Notes under the pieces: generated by a model
The model's database searches: none
What the model was told of the DNA's origin: nothing
The model's input: only the letters and a program-made list of their open reading frames with translations
In this document: positions 1 to 10,702 of the stretch, piece after piece
Layout: each line of letters opens with the position of its first letter
Numbering within the stretch: position 1 is the stretch's first letter
DNA from: Eledone cirrhosa
Lineage: Eukaryota
Direction of reading: 5' to 3'
DNA length: 64,000 bases
Assembly (NCBI GenBank): GCA_964016885.1
Contig: OZ024740.1
Location: 30,194,001-30,258,000 of the forward strand
Position numbers and translations under genes: made by a program

Positions 1-152
1 ATCTTTATATATGTGTATGTGTATGTTCGTGTAGGTGTATGTGTGTGTATGACTTTATATGTATGTGTGTATGTTGTGTATGCGTATATATTTCTATGTG
101 TGTGTACATGTATGTATGTGTGTGTATGTGTATGTGTGTGTATGTGTATATG

Positions 153-185
<33 letters not shown>

Positions 186-554
186 GTTATATATATATAT
201 GTATATATATGTGTGTGTGTATATATATATATATATATCTATATGTTTTTCTATTTGTATATGTATGTGTGTATAGGTATATACCTTTCTCTTTGTATGT
301 CTAAGTTGTGTGATAGTGTAGTGGTGTTTGTATGTATATACCGATATATAGATGCGTAAGTATTTGTCTGTATGTATATATGTAAGTCTGTATATATTTG
401 TGTGTATATATAGCTATGTATGTGTATATCTGTATGTATATTAGTATGTAAGTGTTGTATATGTGCATGTATGTGTGTGGTTATATATATGTGTGTCTAT
501 ATAGTATGTGTGATTATATGTATATGTGTGTGTATATGTACGTGTATATACATA

Positions 555-601
<47 letters not shown>

Positions 602-810
602 ATTTGTATGTATATGTGTATATGTATGTATGTGTGTATATGTATATGTTTATATATGTGTGTGTATGTATGTTCTTAGTGTGGATGTGTGTATATGTAT
701 GTATGTGTTTGTATATGTGTGTATATTTATGTATGTGTGTGTGTGTGTCTATGTGTATATATATGTATATTATATATATATATGTGTGTGTATATATATA
801 TATATATATG

Positions 811-864
<54 letters not shown>

Positions 865-1720
865 CTTGATATATTTCTTTTTTCTTTTTTCTTTTTTCTT
901 TTTTCTTTTTTCTTTTTTCTTTCTATTCTTTCCTCTTTAATGTTTATTTATTATTTTTTATTTTCTTAGTTTATAGATACATCTATATTAGGCAGTCTGC
1001 TCAGACCGTTGAATACTGACCTCTCCCCCCCCCCTCCCACCTAATTTCTGTATCTTGATCTAAAAATGTGTGTGCCAGTGTTTATGTGAGTGAATTAATA
1101 TCCATGTGCTTATGATTTTATATCCACATATATAAATGTGAGTGGGGGTGTGTGTGTGTTTGTATGTTCGTGGTTATGTGTATATTTATGCATATACGCG
1201 CGTGTATGTGTGATTGTACGGATATGTGAGAGTATGAAAAAATATATTTATATACTTAATTTCATACTTGTGTCAATACGCATCTTATCTGTGCATTATA
1301 AACTTACAGAGACATTAACCTTGAAATTTTGTATTTGCATCCATCCTTTTAGTATGCGTATACAAATTATACATACATTTTTGTAAAATATGTGTAAGGG
1401 TTTTACATGTATATACACACACCGAACTGCATTTAACCCTTTGTGTTTTCATTGGTCAATTTTTGTTCCCAAACGGACCTGAAATTTTGAATTGTTGTTA
1501 TTATCAATAAATATACTTCATTATTTCTGAAGACGGCGTATATCTGTGTTGGTATGTATATTTAATCTTGATAGTTTGTATAATTTTGTATAATTTTGTA
1601 CATAGATCTGTTGAATATGCATGCCAATTCTAACACATATATATCCTAGAAACGATCGTTAAATAATGAACTTTTTTTGTTTAATATAAGGAATTGTTTA
1701 TTCATTATTTGTTTAATATT
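1..1720 (+). repeat. 5' pseudo-LTR (or 3' end of an upstream tandem copy)
   Basis: Matches 7044-8755 (offset ~7035). Differences are mainly TA/C tract lengths and a few SNPs. Confidence 0.9.
1517..1670 (+). ncRNA. Type I hammerhead ribozyme with extended stem II (5' pLTR)
   Basis: Stem I ttcattattt(1517-1526)/aaataatgaa(1661-1670); core CTGAAGA(1527-1533); ~115-nt stem II region with tatatctgtgttgg/ctaacacatatata pairing; GAAAC-GATC-GTT minimal palindromic stem III; predicted GUU cleavage after 1660. Confidence 0.8.
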
Positions 1721-2013
1721 TTATCTTGACTCTGTATACCGTTTATCTTTCACCGAAAGTGATTTTTCATTACATCTCTTCTTTCCATGATATCCGGAAT
1801 ACATTGAGTTCTTCATACGGATTGGACACTACCGTAAATTCTTGGTAGATTTATCTACATAATTTTGCTCCTATTTTCACGGAAATATTCGTATTTTTGT
1901 ACTGTATGTGTGTATTAATTTTATATTTATGTATATACATATATATATGTATGATTTTGTAAACCCATATACATTTAGTTGAGCTCTTTCAATTGTCCAT
2001 CATCCATATCACA

Positions 2014-4455
2014 ATGGAAAAACAATATTTAGGAACCTCCTTAAAAAACATACCAATACCTTCTAAGGATGACTTCTTACTCCTTATGATTCAGAAAACT
2101 AATAATTTTATCAGAAGGGTTAGATGGAGAGCCTACCACTTCGATAGAAAATCTATACAAGCAGATCGGAAATATATGTATGATTTCAATACTTACAAGA
2201 ATCCACCACACAACTTTTTACTTGAAGACTTCGAGAAAGACCTTTTTAATTTAATTAAACACCTCAAATTTAAAAAGTATAAATCCGTCTTTCAAAAGGA
2301 CCTTGATTCTACCCTATTGGACCTAAAAAAGTCTAAAAAAATCCATGTCCACTCGGACAAAACTGGTAACTTGTATCATATGGATATTGAACATTATAAC
2401 GAGTTCATATATAAAGAACTCAGAAAAAATTATAAAAAATCTAATAATGTGTCACTCACCAACATCAACAACAAAACACACAACATAGTAAAAAAACTAA
2501 ACATTGAAGATAGAACTGAACCTTTGGCATTGAAAAGACCACACTTCAACCTGAAGGATCACAAATCTAACTTTAACTCAAATCCTTCTATTAGACTTAT
2601 ATGTCCCTCCAAATCAGATATTGGAATAATTAGCAAAAAAATTTTAGATAGAGTCATCCCACAAATAAGAAAACATGTTATTTTACCACTCTGGGAAAAC
2701 ACCTCCCAGGTAATTAACTGGTTTAAAAATATTAGGTGTAAATCTTCTGCTTCATTCCTACAATTTGATATAGATAATTACTATTCTTCTATATCACCTA
2801 TACTCCTGAACAAAGCATTGATATTTGCTAAAAATAGATCTAACTTAACTTTGGATGACATTAATATTATTACACATGCTAGACTAACACTTATTGAATT
2901 TCAGAATGAATACTGGACCAGAAACACATATAGTAATCTTTTTGATATTACTATGGGTTCAAGCGATTCCGCCCAAATTACTGATCTTGTGGGCCTCTTT
3001 CTCCTTTTCAACATAAATGCCTCTTTTCCCCACCTCAAAGGTGGTTTATATCGTGATGACTGTCTTCTTCTTTCTAACAACCTTAGCCTTTCAGAAATTG
3101 AAAAAAACAAAAAACATATTAGAACTTTCCTTAAAGACTATTATAATCTTAATATTACTTTTGAAAAAACAAGTAAAGTAGTAAATTTCCTAGATATAAC
3201 TTTAGATTTAGCTACGGGTATCTACCAACCTTACCATAAACCTAACCAAAACTTACATTACATACACTCACAATCTAATCACCCTAAATCTATCCTTAAA
3301 AACCTTGCATATAATATATCACTTAGAATTTCTAACCTTTCTTCTAACCAAGATGTATTTGATAAAAATGCGACCTTCTATAACGAAGCTCTAGATAGAA
3401 GTGGCCACAAAAATAGATTAGAGTATATACCTTCTACTAAAAATACTGAAAGCATACAACATAATATTACCAACAAACACCAAATGAAAAGTACACACCT
3501 AAATGCCACCCACACTATACCCCAAAATACCAAATCTTCTAATATAAAGTATAGTAACTCTCAAAAAACTACTCATCATACAACTCTAATAAATATTAAT
3601 AATAAAACTCCTAATAAAAAGGATAAAACACCTAAATCTACAAATATAACTAAAAATAGTTGTGGTGAGATCATTAACATTAATCCTCCTAGTAAAAATC
3701 ACGATACAACCTATAAAAATAATAAAAATAATAAACAACATAGAAACCGTAATAGACGGGTTACTTGGTATAATGCTCCTTTTAATTTACAAGTTAAGGA
3801 TAATATTGCTAAAAAATTTTTTTATATCCTTGAGAAAAACTTCCCGCCAAACCACAAATACCATCAAATCTTAAATAGGTCTACAGTTAAATTCTCATAC
3901 TCTACAACAAATAACATAAAACAAAATATAAGTGCCTATAATGCATATAAATGTAAGAAAACCATAAGTATACCACCAGTACATCAAATTAACCATAATA
4001 TCTCCTCAAATACAGAATTAACGAAAGGATGTAACTGTAGAAACAAAGCAAACTGCCCATTAAAAGGGAATTGTCTTGTTAACAACATAGTCTATAAATG
4101 TAATGTTAAAACTAAAGATTCTATTTGCTCATATATAGGAGCTACCTCTAACAATTTTAAGACAAGGTTTAATACCCACAAGCATAGTTTTAAAAATGCC
4201 GCACTGGCTAATACAACATCTCTAGCAGAAAAAATCAATAGTTATAAAAATAAGAATATAGAATATGATTTGACCTGGAGTGTGCTCAAAAGAGCCACCC
4301 CTTATCAAAATAATAGAAATGAATGTAGATTATGTTCCCAAGAACTATTTGAAATAATGAAGTCTAAGGATATCTTATTAAATAAACGACAGGAATTAAT
4401 TATATCGTGTAATCATAAACTAAAAAAAACATTTAAATATTATAAACCTAATTAA
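2014..4455 (+). CDS. Penelope-like element polyprotein: reverse transcriptase + C-terminal GIY-YIG endonuclease (Naiad-like)
   Basis: Uninterrupted ORF. The track starts at TTG 1993; the first ATG is 2014 (MEKQYLGTSLKNIPIPS). RT motifs: LQFDIDNYYSSI, ITMGSSDSAQITDLVG, GGLYRDDCL, VNFLDITLDL, then PYHKP..YIHSQSNHP thumb. Cys linker CNCRNKANCPLKGNC; GIY-YIG equivalent IVYKC..YIGAT..FKTRFNTH; CRLC, LLNKRQE, CNH. Clade assignment is from remembered Naiad motif style, not a search. Confidence 0.93.
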   Translation: MEKQYLGTSLKNIPIPSKDDFLLLMIQKTNNFIRRVRWRAYHFDRKSIQADRKYMYDFNTYKNPPHNFLLEDFEKDLFNLIKHLKFKKYKSVFQKDLDSTLLDLKKSKKIHVHSDKTGNLYHMDIEHYNEFIYKELRKNYKKSNNVSLTNINNKTHNIVKKLNIEDRTEPLALKRPHFNLKDHKSNFNSNPSIRLICPSKSDIGIISKKILDRVIPQIRKHVILPLWENTSQVINWFKNIRCKSSASFLQFDIDNYYSSISPILLNKALIFAKNRSNLTLDDINIITHARLTLIEFQNEYWTRNTYSNLFDITMGSSDSAQITDLVGLFLLFNINASFPHLKGGLYRDDCLLLSNNLSLSEIEKNKKHIRTFLKDYYNLNITFEKTSKVVNFLDITLDLATGIYQPYHKPNQNLHYIHSQSNHPKSILKNLAYNISLRISNLSSNQDVFDKNATFYNEALDRSGHKNRLEYIPSTKNTESIQHNITNKHQMKSTHLNATHTIPQNTKSSNIKYSNSQKTTHHTTLININNKTPNKKDKTPKSTNITKNSCGEIININPPSKNHDTTYKNNKNNKQHRNRNRRVTWYNAPFNLQVKDNIAKKFFYILEKNFPPNHKYHQILNRSTVKFSYSTTNNIKQNISAYNAYKCKKTISIPPVHQINHNISSNTELTKGCNCRNKANCPLKGNCLVNNIVYKCNVKTKDSICSYIGATSNNFKTRFNTHKHSFKNAALANTTSLAEKINSYKNKNIEYDLTWSVLKRATPYQNNRNECRLCSQELFEIMKSKDILLNKRQELIISCNHKLKKTFKYYKPN

Positions 4456-4919
4456 TAACATTATTTTAGAAATTAATTTAATTTAAATGTTAGTTAACCT
4501 ATAAATTTAATTTAATTAAAATTTTATTACAGATGAGAATATAAAATATTATGTAATCATAAATTGTGAAAAACCTTTAAATATTACTAATATATACTTA
4601 GTAATTTAATTTATAGATTAATTTTAATTTATTTAAACCTTTTATTATAATTCTTTTACAGATAAAATATAACAAAATAATATCGTGTATCCAATGACAG
4701 AGAAATAATTTTTAGTATTATAGACCTAATTAATATACATTTTAGAAATATATTTATAATTTGGTTTTAATTTTAATCAACCTAAAAATTTAATTTTAAT
4801 TTACTTAAAATTAGTATCCTTATACAGACGAATTGCAGAATGTCATGTAATCATAGAATGGGATGTGTTTTGGATATATACCTAGTTAATATATTCTATG
4901 CAATTTTTTGAAAAAAATA

Positions 4920-5801
4920 TGTATATGTATATGTGTATGTGTATGTGTGTGTGTATGTATATGTGTATATATGTATATATATATATATGTGTATGTATAT
5001 GTATATATGTATGTGTATGTATATGTATATGTATTAATTTTGATTTCTATTTGCATATAATTATATTATGCTATTGATAAAATACAATATCTGTTTTATG
5101 TATTATATACCTAATTAACATATACTATAGAAATAAATATATAATTTTTAATTTAGTTAACCTACAATTTATATTCTACTACCGATGTAATACTTTATTT
5201 TATTTGTTTTTTCCCTATTACTAAATTCATTTCCTAATATTGATACCATAACGTTATTAACTTTAATTTAGTTATACTATAATTAATACTCTACTACTAT
5301 TTAACTTCAAAATTCTGCTTCAAATATTATAAACCTAACTAATTTACACCTTAGAAATCAATATGTTAACTATCTTTGGTTTAGTTAACATATAATTAAT
5401 GGTATACTTGTTTATTTTGAGATGCATAGATTTTGCCTTAGTTCTTGTTTATTGTATTTCCTAACACTGAAACTATGTAAAAACATACATTGGATCAAGA
5501 TATGGAAAATATTCTATGTTTCTTGAAACATATATTTACTATGATCCCCTTCTCCAAACCCCCCCTTTCCCCCATACTATTATCATCTGTATTTGTAAGC
5601 GTGTATGTATGAATATATATGTAGGTAGGTGTCTATATAGGTTTGGGTATTTATATCTGAATATAAAAATACATATATGCGCATGCAAATATGAATGTAA
5701 GATTGTGTGTGTGTATATGAGTGTGTGTATGTATGTATATATGTGTATATATGCATGTATATATGTATGTGTATGTGAATGTGTGTATGTGTATGTGTAT
5801 G

Positions 5802-5833
<32 letters not shown>

Positions 5834-6092
5834 TGTATATATAGAAATATATATATGTGTATATATATGTATATGTATATGTGTGTGTATGTATGTGTGT
5901 GTATGTGTGTTGTGTATATATATGTATGTCTCTCTATTTATATGTCTATCTTCGTATCTATGTGGATATATGTGTGTGTGTGTGCATGTATGCACATATA
6001 TGTGTTTATGTGTATATGTGTGTATGTGTGTATATATGTGTGTATGCACACACATATATATGTGAGTGTGTATATGTGTCTGTGTATATGTA

Positions 6093-6129
<37 letters not shown>

Positions 6130-6495
6130 GTGTCTATGTGTGAATATATGTCTATATTCGTATGTGTGTATATATGTATGTATATGTTTATATGTATATA
6201 TATATATATATATGTATGTGTATATATATATATATATATATATTATTTTTTATTATTATAATATAACTTATGTGTATGTGTGTATATGTGAGGTTGTGTA
6301 TGTGTATATAATATGTGTATATATAAGTGTAAAAAAATATATATATATGTGCATGTCTGTTTTTTATGTGTGTGTATATATATATATATATATATACGTG
6401 TGTATATATATGTATATGTGGGTGTTTGTATGTGTATTTATGGTGGTATGTGTGTGTGGGTATCTATATATATATATATATATGAATGTATGTGT

Positions 6496-6547
<52 letters not shown>

Positions 6548-7043
6548 GTATATATATATCTCTATTAATGCGTGTATATATGTATATACATATGCCTTTT
6601 TATTTTTATTTGTATGTCTGAGTTAGGTGAGGTTGTAGTGGTGTTTTTATGTATATACGCATATATGGATGCGTATGTATTTGTATATATGAATATAAGT
6701 AAGTGCATATGTATGTATGATTATATATCTAATTCTATGTATGAATATACATGTATATATATGTGTGTATGTAAGTTGTGTGTGTATGTATGTATATGTC
6801 TATGTGTGTATATATATATGTATGTATATCGATGTACGTGTATGCATGTACATGTATGTCTATGTATGTGTGTATGTATGTGTATGTATATATATATATA
6901 TGTATGTGTATATATATGTATATATGTATATATATATGTGTATATATATATATATGTATATATCTTTATTATTTATTTTTTTTTTTTTTTTTATATATAT
7001 GTGTATGTGTGTATGCGTTGTGTGTGTGTGTGTGTGTATATAT
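4920..7043 (+). repeat. Degenerate (TA)/(TG)/(TATG) compound microsatellite within the PLE 3' region
   Basis: Alternating purine-pyrimidine low-complexity sequence, interrupted by AT-rich unique sequence at ~5040-5700. Confidence 0.85.
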
Positions 7044-7588
7044 ATCTTTATATATGTGTATGTGTATGTTCGTGTAGGTGTATGTGTGTGTATGACTTTA
7101 TATGTATGTGTGTATGTGTGTATGCGTATATATTTCTATGTGTGTGTACATGTATGTATGTGTGTGTATGTGTATGTGTGTGTATGTGTATATGTATGTG
7201 TATATATATATATATATATGTTATATATATATATGTATATATATGTGTGTGTGTATATATATATATATATATCTATATGTTTTTCTATTTGTATATGTAT
7301 GTGTGTATAGGTATATACCTTTCTCTTTGTATGTCTAAGTTGTGTGATAGTGTAGTGGTGTTTGTATGTATATACCGATATATAGATGCGTAAGTATTTG
7401 TCTGTATGTATATATGTAAGTCTGTATATATTTGTGTGTATATATAGCTATGTATGTGTATATCTGTATGTATATTAGTATGTAAGTGTTGTATATGTGC
7501 ATGTATGTGTGTGGTTATATATATGTGTGTCTATATAGTATGTGTGATTATATGTATATGTGTGTGTATATGTACGTGTATATACATA

Positions 7589-7643
<55 letters not shown>

Positions 7644-7852
7644 ATTTGTATGTATATGTGTATATGTATGTATGTGTGTATATGTATATGTTTATATATG
7701 TGTGTGTATGTATGTTCTTAGTGTGGATGTGTGTATATGTATGTATGTGTTTGTATATGTGTGTATATTTATGTATGTGTGTGTGTGTGTCTATGTGTAT
7801 ATATATGTATATTATATATATATATGTGTGTGTATATATATATATATATATG

Positions 7853-7898
<46 letters not shown>

Positions 7899-8747
7899 CT
7901 TGATATATTTCTTTTTTCTTTTTTCTTTTTTCTTTTTTCTTTTTTCTTTTTTCTTTCTATTCTTTCCTCTTTAATGTTTATTTATTATTTTTTATTTTCT
8001 TAGTTTATAGATACATCTATATTAGGCAGTCTGCTCAGACCGTTGAATACTGACCTCTCCCCCCCCCCCTCCCACCTAATTTCTGTATCTTTATCTAAAA
8101 ATGTGTGTGCCAGTGTTTATGTGAGTGAATTAATATCCATGTGCTTATGATTTTATATCCACATATATAAATGTGAGTGGGGGTGTGTGTGTGTTTGTAT
8201 GTTCGTGGTTATGTGTATATTTATGCATATACGCGCGTGTATGTGTGATTGTACGGATATGTGTGAGTATGAAAAAATATATTTATATACTTAATTTCAT
8301 ACTTGTGTCAATACGCATCTTATCTGTGCATTATAAACTTACAGAGACATTAACCTTGAAATTTTGTATTTGCATCCATCCTTTTAGTATGCGTATACAA
8401 ATTATACATACATTTTTGTAAAATATGTGTAAGGGTTTTACATGTATATACACACACCGAACTGCATTTAACCCTTTGTGTTTTCATTGGTCAATTTTTG
8501 TTCCCAAACGGACCTGAAATTTTGAATTGTTGTTATTATCAATAAATATACTTCATTATTTCTGAAGACGGCGTATATATGTGTTGGTATGTATATTTAA
8601 TCTTGATAGTTTGTATAATTTTGTATAATTTTGTACATAGATCTGTTGAATATGCATGCCAATTCTAACACATATATATCCTAGAAAAGATCGTTAAATA
8701 ATGAACTTTTTTTGTTTAATATAAGGAATTGTTTATTCATTATTTGT

Positions 8748-8755
<8 letters not shown>
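7044..8755 (+). repeat. 3' pseudo-LTR
   Basis: Direct repeat of 1-1720, ending ...tttgtttaatatt and followed by (TA)n. Confidence 0.9.
8552..8705 (+). ncRNA. Hammerhead ribozyme copy in 3' pLTR, stem III point-mutated
   Basis: Same fold as 1517-1670 but GAAAC>GAAAA (position 8688), breaking the C-G pair of the minimal stem III. Confidence 0.7.
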
Positions 8756-8784
<29 letters not shown>

Positions 8785-8787
<3 letters not shown>

Positions 8788-9392
8788 CGAAGCATTTTCC
8801 CCCTACACATAAGTATAGTAAAATTTTTAATAGAAATACTATTAAAATTTCTTACTCTCCGACTCCTAACCTTGCACATAACATCACAGCTTCAAATTTA
8901 GCTAAACTACCTAGCCGTAGGAACACGTGCAACCCTGTAGTTAGTACTAACTGTAATTGTAGGAATCGGGCTGATTGTCCCCTATCCGGGAAATGCCTTT
9001 CTAGTAACATTGTCTACAAATGTAAGGTTGTAACACCCACGTCCCGTAGGGCCTACATAGGGTTAACCGCCAATTGTTTCAAGCAGCGTCTTTACATGCA
9101 TACCCATTCTTTTCGTTACCCTCTTAGAAGGAATATGACGTCACTTTCAGCTTATATCTGGAGTCTAAAAGACAACCACACCCAATATAAGTTACACTGG
9201 GAGATCCTAGCTAGGGCTAGATCGTATAACGGAAATAAAAGACCATGTGACCTCTGCGCCGCTGAGGCCCTGGAAATACTCTACGCCACAGACCACATCT
9301 TAAACAAAAAATCTGAGGCAATTTCGGCTTGTAAACATAAATTGCACAAAACTTTCCTGTATTACAGCCCCACGTTATACCCTAACAGATAG
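8785..9392 (+). pseudogene. 5'-truncated second PLE family: linker + GIY-YIG endonuclease only
   Basis: KHFPPTHKYSKIFNRNTIKISYS, CNCRNRADCPLSGKC, IVYKC..AYIGLT..FKQR, CDLC, ILNKKSE, CKH. Homologous to but clearly diverged from the C-terminus of the 2014-4455 ORF. Begins directly after (TA)n. Confidence 0.88.
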
Positions 9393-9847
9393 TACGATCT
9401 ATACGTGGATATTTTACGTCTTGATGTGGGAGCTAAGTATATGTTTTGTTTATTCCTTTACTTATTTGCATAGGTAAGTATATATTAGCCGTTTGTTTTG
9501 TGAAGGTACGTATACCTTCTCGTACGTATATTTGATTGTTATGGCGTATAATTTTATATATTCTGGTACATATGGTTTGGCTATGTGTATACGGGAGTTT
9601 TGCGTCTGTGTGGGTATGCAGGTTCGTACGTATGGTGGGTGTGTGTATATGTGTAATTCATGTTTTAGTTGACTTACGTCTCCGAACATTCGTGTATTTA
9701 TATGTAGGTATGTGTGTGCGCTTGTTATATACGTATTTATTTATTTATATACGTTTATATAATTATCCTAAACGGACTTGTGGTCGTGTTTTCGTTGACA
9801 ATCGTCTGTTTACGACAGTACAGCGCGGCTCTACTTTATTTAACTGA
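8785..9847 (+). mobile_element. Truncated PLE (second family) including 3' UTR/pLTR remnant
   Basis: EN fragment followed by a TG/TA-rich tail containing CCTAAACGGACTTG (cf. CCCAAACGGACCTG in the first pLTR). PLE-like character ends near a lone CTGA at 9844. Confidence 0.65.
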
Positions 9848-9994
9848 GATAAAACTTATATGAGCATGAACAGTAGATCATTACGCATCTTTTGGCTTAA
9901 AAATCTAGAAATTTGGTCCAGCGGGAAAATGTTTATAATCAAAGTTTGCTGATAAATCTTGTGTTCAAGTGAGTGAGTAGTAAGCGTGACGCTA

Positions 9995-10121
9995 GGGAAG
10001 GTAATCCAGAAATGACGAATTTTTTTCGGCGGAACTCTTGTGATTGTGATTACGTTAGTCAAATGTAGTCAAATCGCCGAATCTCCTCCTCCTAATTGAC
10101 TACGTCATTTCTGAACGGCCC
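9995..10121. mobile_element. Small MITE-like element (possible PIF/Harbinger-type TIRs)
   Basis: Imperfect terminal inverted repeats ggg..ccagaaatgacg / cgtcatttctgaacggccc, flanked by TA on both sides. Confidence 0.45.
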
Positions 10122-10702
10122 TACTTGCGTCAGTGTGAAACATTACTTCACTTTTCACTGCTAAAATGCTTTTTAAATACTTCGTTAAAAATTTATGTTT
10201 ATTATCAAAGCTATTTTGTGTACCAATCTATCAATAGTTTGCGAAAATATAGGTAAACATGTGGGTTAAATTTTTTTTAATCGCATCGATCGCTTTGTCG
10301 CACCGACTGTGACACTGTCTGACTGTCTGTCTGACTGACACCTTTGTCGGACCGACACCTTTGTTCAAGCGGATAACTTTGTGTCACTGACACTTTTGTT
10401 CGTGCCGGCATCTCTGCGAAACACCGATGACAACAACCAGACCAAAATTTCACTTCATTCTTCATTCTTCTTCAAGACCGATCGCCGACCGATCGTATTG
10501 GTTGCTCTTCATATACCAGGTATTCAACAGATAGTTTGCACTTCTAGTATTATTAACAGTCGTGCGATTTTTTGTACCGATAGGTGCGAATAGTGCGATA
10601 GGTGCGAATAGTGTACAATATTTTCTGAGATTTGCATCCACTAATTTCGCTTAATTAAAAATGATGTTTCGCGGCTTTTTGATCGGTTTATTCATTTTTT
10701 CC

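Larger units (their letters stand above)
1..8755 (+). mobile_element. Apparently full-length Penelope-like retrotransposon with directly repeated pseudo-LTRs; 5' boundary lies upstream of the window
   Basis: ORF flanked by near-identical direct repeats (1-1720 = 7044-8755), each containing an HHR. The 3' copy ends abruptly in a (TA)n tract. Confidence 0.88.

Noticed and set aside
2901-3874. Small ORFs overlapping the PLE ORF (2901-3110 minus, 3662-3874 plus)
   Set aside because: Shadow frames of the RT gene with no motifs.
13-8421. Many C/V/Y/I/M-rich ORFs (also at 15.5 kb and 18-19.7 kb)
   Set aside because: Translations of TA/TG microsatellites.
8712-8784. N-terminus of the 226-aa ORF as a standalone GIY-YIG gene
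   Set aside because: The TTG start and first residues come from read-through of the upstream pLTR tail and (TA)n; the real homology starts at ~8785.
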